24,000 bases of DNA, from positions 65,979-89,978 of the forward strand of contig JBHYDC010000010.1 in the NCBI GenBank assembly GCA_051861205.1. Direction: 5' to 3'. This DNA comes from Oharaeibacter sp. (GTDB lineage: Bacteria > Pseudomonadota > Alphaproteobacteria > Rhizobiales > Pleomorphomonadaceae). This document shows, in pieces, positions 7,146 through 16,628 of the stretch. The notes beneath the pieces were generated by a model that was given only the letters and a program-made list of their open reading frames with translations, was not told the origin of the DNA and ran no database searches. The first letter of the stretch is position 1. The number at the start of each line of letters is the position of its first letter. Position numbers and translations under genes: made by a program.

Positions 7146-8138
7146 TCAGCGCATCAGCGCGTCCGAAAGGCGGCCCCATGCTGCTTCGTCGGCGGGCAGG
7201 CCGAAGCGTAGCCAGGTCGGCGCATAGTCGAAGGGGCGGACGAGAATGCCCCGCGCGGCCAAGCGCTCGAACCACGCCGCCGCCCTGTCCGTGCGGGCAA
7301 GCCGGAATAGCGGCGTGCCGCCAAGCTGGGCGAGGCCGGCGGTGGAAAGCAGTCCGTCCAGCCGCGCCGCGTCCGCCTCAAGCCGCGCGCGGGCGCCGTC
7401 CAGCCAAGCCGGATCGGATAAGGCAAGCGTGCCGATTTCGATTGCAGGCCCCGGCACAGCCCAAGGCCCCAAGAGCGCCGCGATCGCCGCCGCACGGACT
7501 GGCGACGCCACGGCAAAGCCCAGCCGTACACCGGCAAGGCCATAGCTCTTCCCGAAGGATCGCAGCACCACGGTGTTTGCGGGAAGCCCGTGCGGGATCA
7601 GGCTTGCCCCCGGCACGACATCGACGAACGCCTCGTCCACCACCAGCGTTCTCACCGTCGTGGCAATCTGCGCGATCTGATCGGGTGAGAGCAGGCGCCC
7701 ATCCGGATTGTTGGGATTGACGATCACCGCCACATCGCTGCCAGTCAGATCGCTCGGATCCTCCGCCAACCAGACCTCGGCGCCGGCCGCGCGCCAGACG
7801 GCCGCATGCTCCCCATAGGTTGGGCCAAGTACGGCAACTTGGTTCGCGGCGATCAGTCGCGGCAAAAGCTGGATCAGCGCCTGCGTGCCCGGTGCCGCAA
7901 TCACCGTTGCCGGATCCGCCGCGCCATAGGCCTTCGCGGCCGCTGAAATCAGCGCCGCCAGCGCGCCCTTGCCGGGAAGCCGCGTCCAAGCGCTGGCGGG
8001 AACGTCGCCGACGGGGTAGGGAACCGGATTGATGCCAGTGGAGAGATCGATCCAGGGCTCTGGCGCTTGCGGAAAAAGCGCGCGAGCGCCATCGACGTCT
8101 CCGCCGTGCTCCAGAATGCGCGCCAACCGGTGTTCCAT
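7146..8138 (-). CDS. cobC: L-threonine-O-3-phosphate decarboxylase (CobC; called CobD in Salmonella), PLP aminotransferase class
   Basis: Contains HGGD near the N-terminus, DLSTGINP, NPNNPDG and SFGKSYGLAGVRLG (PLP lysine). The start is ambiguous: ATG 8138 (MEHRL), ATG 8162, or TTG 8126. Confidence 0.8.
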   Translation of the reverse strand: MEHRLARILEHGGDVDGARALFPQAPEPWIDLSTGINPVPYPVGDVPASAWTRLPGKGALAALISAAAKAYGAADPATVIAAPGTQALIQLLPRLIAANQVAVLGPTYGEHAAVWRAAGAEVWLAEDPSDLTGSDVAVIVNPNNPDGRLLSPDQIAQIATTVRTLVVDEAFVDVVPGASLIPHGLPANTVVLRSFGKSYGLAGVRLGFAVASPVRAAAIAALLGPWAVPGPAIEIGTLALSDPAWLDGARARLEADAARLDGLLSTAGLAQLGGTPLFRLARTDRAAAWFERLAARGILVRPFDYAPTWLRFGLPADEAAWGRLSDALMR

Positions 8139-9120
8139 GGATCCCGTACCCTCTCTCGTCATCGCCCTCGCCGCACTCGCCGTGGAAGCTGCCGCAGGTT
8201 ACCCTCAGCGTATGTTCCTTGTCATCGGTCATCCCGTGACATGGATCGGTCGATTGATCACATGGCTCGACCGCAGGCTCAACCTTGAGCGCGACGGCAA
8301 CCCTATGCGCCGGGCCAAGGGCGTGCTCGCGCTCTTAGCGCTGCTCGCGATCACCTGCGCCGTCGCGGTCGGCATTCAGCGCGCGGCGGGGCTCGCCGGG
8401 GTCGTCGGCACCTTCATTGTGCTCCCGCTGATCGTCTCAACGCTGTTTGCCCAGCGCAGCCTCTACGAGCACGTCGCCCGCGTCCGTGACGGTCTCCAAA
8501 CCGGAGGCCTTGCCGGAGGCAGAGCCGCCGTTGCGATGATCGTCGGCCGCAATCCGGAAAGCCTTGACGAAGCGGGCGTTTCCCGTGCCGCCATCGAGAG
8601 CTTGGCTGAAAACTTTTCCGACGGCATCACCGCCCCCGTGTTCTGGACCGCGCTTCTCGGCCTCCCAGGCGGCGCGCTCTACAAGGCTGCGAACACGGCC
8701 GATTCCATGATCGGCCACAAGACGGCCCGCCACCTCCAGTTCGGCTGGGCCGCCGCCCGCTTCGACGACCTCATCAATCTCCCGGCGTCGCGCCTCACCG
8801 CGCTCCTGCTCGTCCTCGCCGCGCTTGCCCCTGGCTATTCCGCGCGCGGCGCCATCCGGGCGGTGTTTCGCGATGCCCGCAACCACAAATCGCCCAACGC
8901 CGGCTGGCCGGAAGCCGCCATGGCCGGCGCCCTCGGCCTTCGCCTTGCCGGACCCCGCGTCTACGGCGCAACCCTCGTCGACGATTTCTGGATGGGCGAC
9001 GGCCGCGCCGACGCCACCGCCGGCGATATCGACCGGGCGTTGAAGCTCTACCGGCTCGCTCTGGTACTCCTCGCTGCCACGCTTGCGACTGTGCTGGCTG
9101 GCGTCATCGCCCTTCGCTGA
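8137..9120 (+). CDS. cobD: Adenosylcobinamide-phosphate synthase (CobD/CbiB)
   Basis: Membrane protein with [47 protein letters not shown] and [14 protein letters not shown] motifs. The ATG at 8137 (MDPVPSLV) retains the conserved hydrophobic N-terminus. Confidence 0.85.
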   Translation: MDPVPSLVIALAALAVEAAAGYPQRMFLVIGHPVTWIGRLITWLDRRLNLERDGNPMRRAKGVLALLALLAITCAVAVGIQRAAGLAGVVGTFIVLPLIVSTLFAQRSLYEHVARVRDGLQTGGLAGGRAAVAMIVGRNPESLDEAGVSRAAIESLAENFSDGITAPVFWTALLGLPGGALYKAANTADSMIGHKTARHLQFGWAAARFDDLINLPASRLTALLLVLAALAPGYSARGAIRAVFRDARNHKSPNAGWPEAAMAGALGLRLAGPRVYGATLVDDFWMGDGRADATAGDIDRALKLYRLALVLLAATLATVLAGVIALR

Positions 9121-10561
9121 TCGCAAGCAGCCGCTCGCAGTCGACGTGCCGCTCCAGGTGATCCGCGAGCCGGTCCAGCACCGCATCGATCCGCGCCTCG
9201 TAGGTGAGATCGCTCGTCTCCGCGCCGATCCAACCGAGAAACCGCCGCCGCGCCGGTTCGCCCGCGAACAGCCCGTGGCAATAGGTGCCCACCACCCGCC
9301 CGTCTGGCGAAACCGCCCCTTCATCCACGCCCGCGATCCGCGCGAACGGCCGCGCCCGATCCGGTCCACCGGTCACGCCCACATGCATCTCGTATCCCAC
9401 GATCGGAACCCCGTCCGGCACCGTCTCGCCGGTCACCGCCGAAAGCTGCTTGCTCCCCGTCAGCACGGTCTGGACGCCAAGAAGCCCGAGCCCGGCCACC
9501 TCCCGCACCGGCCCCTCGATCCCATCGGGATCGGCAATCGCGGTTCCCAACATCTGATACCCGCCGCAAAGCCCCATCACCTTGCCGCCTTGGCGCCAAT
9601 GCGCGCGGATATCGATGTCCCATCCCTCCGCCCGCAGCGCCAGCAAGTCGTCGATCGTGGATTTCGATCCCGGCAGCACGATCACATCCGCCGGCGGCAG
9701 CGGCCGGCCGGGCAGGGCGAGCGTCACCGTCACGCCCGGTTCCTGCCGCAGCGGATCGAGATCGTCAAAATTCGCGATTCTCAGCAGCACCGGCACCACA
9801 ATACGCCGTCCGCCTTGCCCGTGATCCGCCCGCGTGCGCAATCCAAGCGCATCCTCTGCCGGCAGCAGCGCCGCCTCTGCGAAATGCGGCACCACGCCCA
9901 GCGACGCCCAGCCCGTGCGCTCCGCAATCACCGCGAGGCCGCCCGCGAACAGCGTCACATCGCCCCGGAACCGGTTCACCAGAAACGCCCGGATCATCGC
10001 CGCGTCGGCCGGGTCGATCACCGCATGCGTTCCCACCAGACTGGCGATCACGCCGCCCCGGTCAATGTCGCCCACCAGCACCACCGGCGTATCGGTCGCC
10101 CGCGCAAACCCCATGTTGGCGATATCGCCCGCCCGCAAATTCACTTCGGCCGGCGACCCCGCGCCCTCCACGATCACAAGATCCGCCTCGGCGGAAAGGC
10201 GCCTGAAGCTATCCAGCACCGCCGCCATCAGCCGGGGTTTCCATGCCTGATACTCCCGCGCCTTGGCCGTCCCGATCATCCGCCCCTGAACCACCACCTG
10301 ACTGCCGATGTCCGATTGCGGCTTCAAAAGCACCGGGTTCATGTGAACCGAGGTCGCCACGCCTGCCGCGCGCGCCTGAAGTGCCTGCGCCCGTCCTATC
10401 TCGCCGCCGTCGGCCGTGGCGGCGGCGTTGTTCGACATGTTCTGCGGTTTGAACGGCCGCACGGCCATCCCGCGCCGGGCGAACAGGCGGCAGAACCCCG
10501 CCACCAGCAGCGATTTGCCAACGTCCGAGCCCGTGCCCTGGATCATCACCCGCCGCGTCAT
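9104..10561 (-). CDS. cobQ: Cobyric acid synthase (CobQ/CbiP)
   Basis: 485 aa from ATG 10561. It contains [12 protein letters not shown] (P-loop), [10 protein letters not shown] and a C-terminal glutamine amidotransferase domain ([10 protein letters not shown]). The ATG shares one nucleotide with the cobO TGA (TGATG). Confidence 0.9.
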   Translation of the reverse strand: MTRRVMIQGTGSDVGKSLLVAGFCRLFARRGMAVRPFKPQNMSNNAAATADGGEIGRAQALQARAAGVATSVHMNPVLLKPQSDIGSQVVVQGRMIGTAKAREYQAWKPRLMAAVLDSFRRLSAEADLVIVEGAGSPAEVNLRAGDIANMGFARATDTPVVLVGDIDRGGVIASLVGTHAVIDPADAAMIRAFLVNRFRGDVTLFAGGLAVIAERTGWASLGVVPHFAEAALLPAEDALGLRTRADHGQGGRRIVVPVLLRIANFDDLDPLRQEPGVTVTLALPGRPLPPADVIVLPGSKSTIDDLLALRAEGWDIDIRAHWRQGGKVMGLCGGYQMLGTAIADPDGIEGPVREVAGLGLLGVQTVLTGSKQLSAVTGETVPDGVPIVGYEMHVGVTGGPDRARPFARIAGVDEGAVSPDGRVVGTYCHGLFAGEPARRRFLGWIGAETSDLTYEARIDAVLDRLADHLERHVDCERLLAISEGR

Positions 10562-11169
10562 CAAAACTCGATCCCGGCCTGCGCCTTCACCCCCGCCGCG
10601 AAGTGGTGCTTCACCAGCGTCATCTCCGTCACAAGATCCGCCGCTTCGATCATCGCCGGCTTGGCGTTCCGCCCGGTTACGACGACATGCAGATCCGCCC
10701 GCCGCGCCCGCAGCACGTCCACCACCGCGTCCAGCAGCAAATGCTCGTAGCGCAGCGCGATGTTGAGTTCATCCAGCACAAGGAGCCGGATCTGCGGATC
10801 CGCCATCAAAGCGAGCGCCTCGCCCCACGCGCGTTCCGCCGCCGCCACATCCCGCGCGCGGTCCTGCGTTTCCCAGGTGAACCCTTCGCCGAGCGTGTGC
10901 CACGACACACCGCCCAGTTTCTCCAGCACGCGCCGCTCACCGGTTTCCCACGCGCCCTTGCCGAACTGCACCACGCCCACCTTCCAGCCATGCCCAAGCG
11001 CCCGCACCGCCAGCCCGAAGGCGGCCGTGGATTTGCCCTTGCCCGGCCCGGTGTGAACGATCAGCAGCCCCTTTTCGGCCACCGTCTTCCCCGCGACCTC
11101 GGCATCCTGCACGGCCTTGCGCTTGACCATCTTGGCCCGGTGGCGTTCAGCCTCTGGATCGTCGGTCAT
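10561..11169 (-). CDS. cobO: Cob(I)yrinic acid a,c-diamide adenosyltransferase (CobO/CobA/BtuR)
   Basis: 202 aa. Contains [19 protein letters not shown] (P-loop), [17 protein letters not shown] and [15 protein letters not shown]. Confidence 0.9.
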   Translation of the reverse strand: MTDDPEAERHRAKMVKRKAVQDAEVAGKTVAEKGLLIVHTGPGKGKSTAAFGLAVRALGHGWKVGVVQFGKGAWETGERRVLEKLGGVSWHTLGEGFTWETQDRARDVAAAERAWGEALALMADPQIRLLVLDELNIALRYEHLLLDAVVDVLRARRADLHVVVTGRNAKPAMIEAADLVTEMTLVKHHFAAGVKAQAGIEF

Positions 11170-11207
11170 GTCTGAACTCTCCGATTATCTTGCGCGCAAT
11201 CGCGCGG

Positions 11208-12197
11208 TCACATCCGCCAGACCACCGCACCGCCCGTCAGCCCCGCGCCGGCAGCGGCCAAAAGCAGCGTCTCGCCCGCCGCGAACGGCCGCTCGTCCCC
11301 TGCGATCGACAGCGAAAGCGGGATCGTCGCCGCCGACGAATTCCCATATTCCGCGATGCTGCGCACGACGGTTTCCTCGCCAACGCCCACCGTGCGCCCC
11401 ACAAGGTCGAAGATCCGCGCGTTGGCCTGATGGGGCACGAAGCGCGTCACCGCGTCGGCGGAAAGCCCCGCCGCCGCCAGCGCCCGCCGCGAGCAATCCG
11501 TCATCAGCCGCACCGCCTCGGCGAAAAGGGCCCGCCCGTCCGAAACGGTCATCAGCGTATCCTCGATCGCCATCTCCGCCGAAAATGGCCGCGAACTCCC
11601 GCCGCCCGGCACCGTTACGAGCCCGTATCCCGCCCCGTCGGAGGCCAGATCCAGCCCCACAAGCCCCTGGCCCGCATCCTCGCTCGGCCCCACCACCACG
11701 GCTCCGGCCGCATCGGCGAACAGCACCGCGCTCGCGCGTTCAGCCATATTGATGCGCCGGCTAAGTATGTTCGCCGCCACCACCAAAACCGGCCGCCCGT
11801 GCGCCCGCACCTGCGCATCCGCCAGCGTCAGCGCATAGATGAAGCCCGCGCACGCCCCCGCCAGATCCACCGCGCCCGATCGCGTCAGCCCCAGCCGGTG
11901 CGCCACCAGCGGCGCCGACGGCGGCAGCAGATGATCCGGGGTCGACGTCGCAAGCAGCGTCAGCCCGATATCCGCCCGCTCCACCCCGGCCCTCGCCAGC
12001 GCCATCTCGCCCGCCGCCACCGCAAGGCCGGACAGCGTATCGCCCGCCTCCGCCCAGCGCCGCGCGCGGATCCCCGTCCGCCGTTCGATCCAGCCGGCTT
12101 CGATCCCGATCAGCTCCTCAAGCTCGGCATTCTCCACCCGCCGCGCCGGGGCGTGGTGCCCGAAACCCAGGATACGCGTGCCTGCGGCGCGTTTCAT
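11208..12197 (-). CDS. bioZ: FabH-like 3-oxoacyl-ACP synthase III at the end of the bio operon; BioZ-type pimeloyl-ACP precursor synthase
   Basis: 329 aa KAS III fold. The Cys-His-Asn triad contexts are intact ([30 protein letters not shown]). It has a 4-nt overlap with the bioA stop. The bioZ assignment rests on operon position, matching the known bioBFDAZ arrangement in Agrobacterium and Mesorhizobium. Confidence 0.7.
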   Translation of the reverse strand: MKRAAGTRILGFGHHAPARRVENAELEELIGIEAGWIERRTGIRARRWAEAGDTLSGLAVAAGEMALARAGVERADIGLTLLATSTPDHLLPPSAPLVAHRLGLTRSGAVDLAGACAGFIYALTLADAQVRAHGRPVLVVAANILSRRINMAERASAVLFADAAGAVVVGPSEDAGQGLVGLDLASDGAGYGLVTVPGGGSSRPFSAEMAIEDTLMTVSDGRALFAEAVRLMTDCSRRALAAAGLSADAVTRFVPHQANARIFDLVGRTVGVGEETVVRSIAEYGNSSAATIPLSLSIAGDERPFAAGETLLLAAAGAGLTGGAVVWRM

Positions 12198-13459
12198 CGC
12201 AGTCCCCGCATGTGGTTCGGCGCGTCCAAAATGGCGTCATAGAGCCGGTCAAGCTCCCCCGCCGTCACGCAATAGGGCGGCATCAGATAGATGATGTTGC
12301 CGAGCGGGCGCACCAGCAAGTCACGCGCCAGGAAATACTGCCGAAACTCCGGCCCCACCTCCGCCAGATACCCGGCTCCCTCCACCTTCAAATCCACCGC
12401 CGCGATCGTACCTGTCACGCGCGCATTCTCGAACCGGTCGTCGCCCTCGAAGCGGCGGATACGCTCGGCTTGCATCGCGCTCAATGCCGCCACCCGGTCC
12501 GCAACCGGCTCGCTGGTCCAAACCCCGATATTCGCCAGCGCCGCCGCGCAGGCAATCGGGTTCGCCGTATAGGACGACGAGTGGAAAAACGTCTTCGACC
12601 GGTCCGCCGAATAATGGGCATCAAACACCTCCGCCGTCGCCAGCGTCGCCGCCAGCGGTATAGCCCCGCCGGTTAAACCCTTGGACGTGCAAAGAATATC
12701 CGGCGTAATTCCCGCCTGCTCGCAGGCAAACAGCGTGCCCGTCCGCCCCCAGCCGCTCATCACCTCGTCGGCCACAAGCAGCGTTCCCGTGGCCTGCGCG
12801 ATGCGCTTCAGCTCGGTCAGCACCCACGGCGCATACATCCGCATCCCGCCCGCGCCCAGCACCAGCGGCTCTACGATCAGCGCCGCCACCTCGCCGGTTC
12901 GGGCAACCGCCTCGAACGCATCCAGCGTCGCCTGCTCGCGGCCCGCCACGGGGAACGGTATCCGGTCCACCGCGAACAGCAGCGGCTCATAGGCGGCGTT
13001 GAACACCCCCCGCTCGCCCACGCTCATCGTGCCGATGGTGTCGCCGTGGTAGCTGTCCTCCATCACCACGATGCGATGCCGCTTCTCGCCCCGGTTGCGG
13101 AAAACGCCAAGCGCCATCTTCATCGCCACCTCCACGGCCGTGGACCCGCTGTCGGAATAGAACACATGGTCCAGCCCGCGCGGCGCCAGCGCCACCAGCG
13201 CCCGCGCCAGATCCTCCGCCGGCTCATGCGTCAGCCCCGCGAAGATGATCTGATCCAGCCGCTCGCTCGTCTCCCGGATCGCGGCCATGATCGGCGGGTA
13301 GCGGTGGCCGTGCGTAATCACCCACCACGATGAGATGGCGTCGATCACCCGCCGCCCGTCCGCCGTTTCGAGATAGGCCCCCTCCGTCCGCGCGATCTTG
13401 AGCAGCGGCGGCTCCACCGCATGCTGCGTGAAGGGATGCCAGACGGGCGACCGGGTCAT
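12194..13459 (-). CDS. bioA: Adenosylmethionine-8-amino-7-oxononanoate aminotransferase
   Basis: 421 aa class-III aminotransferase. Contains [27 protein letters not shown] and CTSKGLTGG (PLP lysine). Confidence 0.9.
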   Translation of the reverse strand: MTRSPVWHPFTQHAVEPPLLKIARTEGAYLETADGRRVIDAISSWWVITHGHRYPPIMAAIRETSERLDQIIFAGLTHEPAEDLARALVALAPRGLDHVFYSDSGSTAVEVAMKMALGVFRNRGEKRHRIVVMEDSYHGDTIGTMSVGERGVFNAAYEPLLFAVDRIPFPVAGREQATLDAFEAVARTGEVAALIVEPLVLGAGGMRMYAPWVLTELKRIAQATGTLLVADEVMSGWGRTGTLFACEQAGITPDILCTSKGLTGGAIPLAATLATAEVFDAHYSADRSKTFFHSSSYTANPIACAAALANIGVWTSEPVADRVAALSAMQAERIRRFEGDDRFENARVTGTIAAVDLKVEGAGYLAEVGPEFRQYFLARDLLVRPLGNIIYLMPPYCVTAGELDRLYDAILDAPNHMRGLR

Positions 13460-14079
13460 ACCGTGAAATCCGCAAGGTTGAAATTCACAGCGAAGGCCGC
13501 CGCCAGCGTCTCGCCAGTCAGCGGACCCAGATGCGGCAACCGTCCCAGCACGCGAACGCCGGAAAAATCGCCGATCGTGCGCTGACTATCCGCCTTTTCC
13601 TCACCCACGAAGGCAATCCCCAGAATTGGCACGCCCCGCGCCTTCAGGGCCTCCACGGACAGCAACGTGTGGTTGATTGTGCCCAGCGCCGTCCGCGCGC
13701 ACAGCACCACCGGCAACCGCCATCCGGCGAACACGTCGATCGTCAAAAGCGCCCGCGTGACCGGCACCATCAACCCGCCGGCGCCCTCAATCACCAGCGG
13801 CCCGGCCAAATCCGGCGGAGTCAGCCGCGCCGGATCGATCGTGACTCCGTCGATCTCGGCGGCATAATGGGGCGAAACCGGCGTCACCAGCTTATACGCC
13901 TCCGGCAAAACCGGCCGGCCCGTCAGCCGGGACACGGTCTGGCTGTCGGTCTCGTCCTCCAGCCCCGACTGTATCGGTTTCCAATAGGTCGCGCCCAGCG
14001 CGGCGGTCAGGCCAGCGGCAAACACCGTCTTACCGATCCCGGTGTCGGTGCCAGTCACGATAAAGCGGGGAGGGGACAT
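13456..14079 (-). CDS. bioD: Dethiobiotin synthase
   Basis: 207 aa. Contains [14 protein letters not shown] (P-loop) and a typical BioD length. It has a 4-nt overlap with the bioA start. Confidence 0.88.
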   Translation of the reverse strand: MSPPRFIVTGTDTGIGKTVFAAGLTAALGATYWKPIQSGLEDETDSQTVSRLTGRPVLPEAYKLVTPVSPHYAAEIDGVTIDPARLTPPDLAGPLVIEGAGGLMVPVTRALLTIDVFAGWRLPVVLCARTALGTINHTLLSVEALKARGVPILGIAFVGEEKADSQRTIGDFSGVRVLGRLPHLGPLTGETLAAAFAVNFNLADFTV

Positions 14080-14184
14080 CTCTGCATCCGGCCAGTTTAG
14101 TTTTCATGAGGTCGAGTGTGACGGGACTTGGCAGGTCCAACGCCTCAAGACAAGCCCTTAGGCGCAGCGCTCGTCGCACGGGCA

Positions 14185-14211
14185 GGGGGTTCGAATCCCT
14201 CCGTAACTCCA
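14185..14211 (+). other. tRNA-like T-arm plus acceptor-3' segment (GGGGG-TTCGAAT-CCCTC-CGTAACTCCA); degenerate tRNA relic, possibly extending back to 14118
   Basis: The canonical T-loop GGTTCGAATCC is flanked by 5 complementary base pairs and followed by ..TCCA. A 5' segment GTGACGG (14118-14124) pairs 6 of 7 with CCGTAAC (14201-14207). No canonical anticodon loop could be drawn. The sequence was verified against the supplied antisense ORF translation (..RRDSNPLP..). Confidence 0.4.
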
Positions 14212-14212
14212 A

Positions 14213-15355
14213 TCAAACCCGTTCGTCCGCCATAGCCTCCGCCACGCAGTCCAAGAGCCCGGCCACCACCTGCGCATCCACATTCAGCGTCAGCGAAATT
14301 CGTAGCCGTGCGGTTCCCTCCGGAACGGTTGGCGGGCGAATGGCCCGGCAGTCGTAACCAGCCGCCTGAACCTGCGCCGCGACGGCCGTCGCGCGTGCGT
14401 TGGAGCCAAGGATCACCGGCTGGATCTGCGTATCCGACGACGGCAGCCCCAGCCCCGCCAGCCGCGCCTGCGCGCCTGCGATCAGCCCCGCCAGCGCCTC
14501 GCGCCGCCAAGGCTCGTCCGCCAGCACCCTTAGCGATTCCCGCACTGCCGCTGCCATCAAAGGGGAGGGCGCGGTGGCATAGATGAAGGGCCGTGCCCGG
14601 TTGATCAGGAAATCCACGATCGGCCCGGCAGCCGTCACCAGCGCGCCGGATGCGCCCAGCGCCTTGCCGCAGGTGTGCAGGGCGATCAGCGCCTCGCGCC
14701 CCTCAAACGCTGCTGTCAACCCGCGTCCGGACGGCCCGAAAATCCCCGTCGCATGCGCTTCGTCGACCATAAGAAACCCGTCGTGACGCTCCGCGATCGC
14801 GATCAGGTCCGCCACCGGCGCGCGGTCGCCGTCCATCGAATATACGCTTTCAACCGCGATATAGGGCGTGCCCGCGCCGCCCGCCGCCCGCCACCGCGCG
14901 ATCGCGTCGTCAAACGCCCCCGCATCGTTGTGCGGCACCGAAACCGTGTCCGCCTTCGAAAGCCGCATCCCCTCGTGCGCGCTCGCGTGGATTAGCTCGT
15001 CATGAACGATGAGATCGCCCCGCTGCGGCAGCGCTGACAGCAGCGCCACATTCGCCGCATAGCCGGAGCCGAGATAAAGCGCCCGCTCGCTTCCGAAAAA
15101 CGCAGCGGCTTCCGCCTCCAGCGCCTCGTGTTCAGGGTGGTTGCCGCGCAGAAGCCGCGATCCCGCCGCCCCCACCGGCACCCCGCGCGCCAGCGCCTCC
15201 GTCACCGCGCCCGCCAATCGCGGCGAGCCGGCAAGGCCGAGATAATCGTTGGACGCGAAATCATGGCCGGTGCGCGGTTCCAGTCGGCGGGTGCGGCTCT
15301 TGCGGGCAAGGCCGCCCAGCGTCGTCCGGAATCGCTCCAGCCGCCCGGTCGTCAT
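14213..15355 (-). CDS. bioF: 8-amino-7-oxononanoate synthase
   Basis: Contains [21 protein letters not shown] and HTCGKALG (PLP lysine). The ATG at 15355 (MTTGRLERF) overlaps the bioB TGA (ATGA). The ORF-track start at 15487 lies inside bioB. Confidence 0.88.
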   Translation of the reverse strand: MTTGRLERFRTTLGGLARKSRTRRLEPRTGHDFASNDYLGLAGSPRLAGAVTEALARGVPVGAAGSRLLRGNHPEHEALEAEAAAFFGSERALYLGSGYAANVALLSALPQRGDLIVHDELIHASAHEGMRLSKADTVSVPHNDAGAFDDAIARWRAAGGAGTPYIAVESVYSMDGDRAPVADLIAIAERHDGFLMVDEAHATGIFGPSGRGLTAAFEGREALIALHTCGKALGASGALVTAAGPIVDFLINRARPFIYATAPSPLMAAAVRESLRVLADEPWRREALAGLIAGAQARLAGLGLPSSDTQIQPVILGSNARATAVAAQVQAAGYDCRAIRPPTVPEGTARLRISLTLNVDAQVVAGLLDCVAEAMADERV

Positions 15356-16347
15356 GGAGAGGCGTCCAGCTCCATCGCCGCTATGCCCAGCCGCCGGAAC
15401 AGCGCCGCGTCGTGGTCCTCGCCGGGGTTGTCCGCCGTCAGCAGCGTTTCGCCCGTGAAGATCGAGTTGGCGCCGGCGAAGAAGCACAGCGCCTGCATCT
15501 CGTCCGACATTTCCGTCCGCCCCGCCGACAGCCGCACATGCGAAAGCGGCATCATCACCCGCGCCAGCGCGATCGTGCGCACGAAGTCGATCGGGTCGAT
15601 CCGATCGGCCGTTTCAAGCTGCGTGCCGGGAATGGCGATCAGCATGTTGATCGGCACGCTTTCCGGGTGCTCGGCAAGGTTGGCCAGCGTTACCAGCATG
15701 TCGATCCGGTCATCCTCGCCTTCGCCCATGCCCACGATGCCGCCCGCGCACACCTTGATGCCGGCTTCACGCACGGTCGCCAGCGTATCCAGCCGGTCCG
15801 CGAAGGTGCGCGTGGTTATGATCTCGCTGTAATAGCGCTCGGACGTGTCGATGTTGTGGTTGTAGTAGTCCAGCCCCGCATGCTTCAGCCGCCCGGCCTG
15901 ATCGGGCGACAGCATGCCCAGCGTCATGCAGGTTTCCATGCCAAGCGCCTTCACGCCCTCGACCATGGCTACCACCATGTCCATGTCGCGCTCTTTGGGG
16001 CTGCGCCACGCCGCGCCCATGCAATAGCGGGTCGCGCCTCCGGCCTTGGCCTTGCGCGCTTCCTCCAAAACCCGCTCAACTTCCATCAGCTTGGAGGCTT
16101 TCAGCCCTGTCGGCGCATGGGCGGACTGGCTGCAATAGCCGCAGTCCTCCGGGCACCCGCCCGTCTTGATCGAAAGCAGCCGGCTCATCTGCACGCGATT
16201 GGGGTCGAAGTGCTTGCGGTGCACGCTCTGCGCCTCGAACAGCAGGTCGTTGAACGGCAAGCTATAAAGCGCCCGCGCCTCCGCTCTCGTCCAGTCGTGG
16301 CGGATTTCGAGGGGCGTGCCGGTGGCGTTGCCGGTGTTCGCGTTCAT
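15352..16347 (-). CDS. bioB: Biotin synthase (radical SAM)
   Basis: Contains the [11 protein letters not shown] radical-SAM cluster motif and the later YNHNIDTS and [10 protein letters not shown] motifs. The ATG at 16347 ([10 protein letters not shown]) is preferred over the extended ORF-track start at 16443. Confidence 0.9.
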   Translation of the reverse strand: MNANTGNATGTPLEIRHDWTRAEARALYSLPFNDLLFEAQSVHRKHFDPNRVQMSRLLSIKTGGCPEDCGYCSQSAHAPTGLKASKLMEVERVLEEARKAKAGGATRYCMGAAWRSPKERDMDMVVAMVEGVKALGMETCMTLGMLSPDQAGRLKHAGLDYYNHNIDTSERYYSEIITTRTFADRLDTLATVREAGIKVCAGGIVGMGEGEDDRIDMLVTLANLAEHPESVPINMLIAIPGTQLETADRIDPIDFVRTIALARVMMPLSHVRLSAGRTEMSDEMQALCFFAGANSIFTGETLLTADNPGEDHDAALFRRLGIAAMELDASP

Positions 16348-16628
16348 CGCATAGGTCCCAACGTAACAAATCGTTCTGCGAGAGATACAAGATGCCGCGC
16401 GCGGGGGGAATGCGTCCCTTCGTTTTTTGCAGCCCGAATGCACCGATCGGCCGTTCGGATTGGAAACAATTCAGCCCGTTGAGGTGTTCTCGCCGGAAAG
16501 CCAGCGAAGAACGATCGGTTTTTTGCCTCGGACGTCCACTTTCTGGAATTTCGTGCGCCGACTTCCCGGCATCGGTGCTCTTCAATGCGATAGACCGTTT
16601 CGCTTTCCGTTGAAAAAAGGATCCCACC

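Noticed and set aside
9083-10750. 555-aa ORF on the plus strand opposite cobQ/cobO
   Set aside because: It is antisense to two strongly recognisable cobalamin genes. It is extremely Arg/Pro/His-rich and has no recognisable domain, so I treat it as a high-GC artefact.
11190-12242. 350-aa plus-strand ORF opposite bioZ (likewise 15412..16482 opposite bioB, 7058..7720 and 7378..8232 around cobC, 17802..18776 opposite the sugar SBP, and 18719..19549 and 19643..20245 opposite the ATPase)
   Set aside because: All are shadow ORFs overlapping genes with clear family motifs. All have Arg/Pro-rich or Gly/Asp-rich composition.
14118-14211. Calling a full-length functional tRNA (Ser/Leu/Sec/allo-tRNA-like, ~94 nt)
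   Set aside because: Only the T-arm and a 6-of-7 acceptor pairing can be drawn. U8 is absent, the D-arm is minimal, and no 7-nt anticodon loop with U33 and a purine at 37 exists. The canonical 7/5 register leaves CAA instead of CCA. It is reported only as a tRNA-like relic pending covariance-model scoring.
14030-14212. 60-aa ORF MELRRDSNPLPVRR... in the bioF-bioD spacer
   Set aside because: RDSNP is the signature translation of the reverse complement of a tRNA T-arm (GGGATTCGAACCC). The ORF starts on TTG and runs into bioD out of frame, so it is not a gene.
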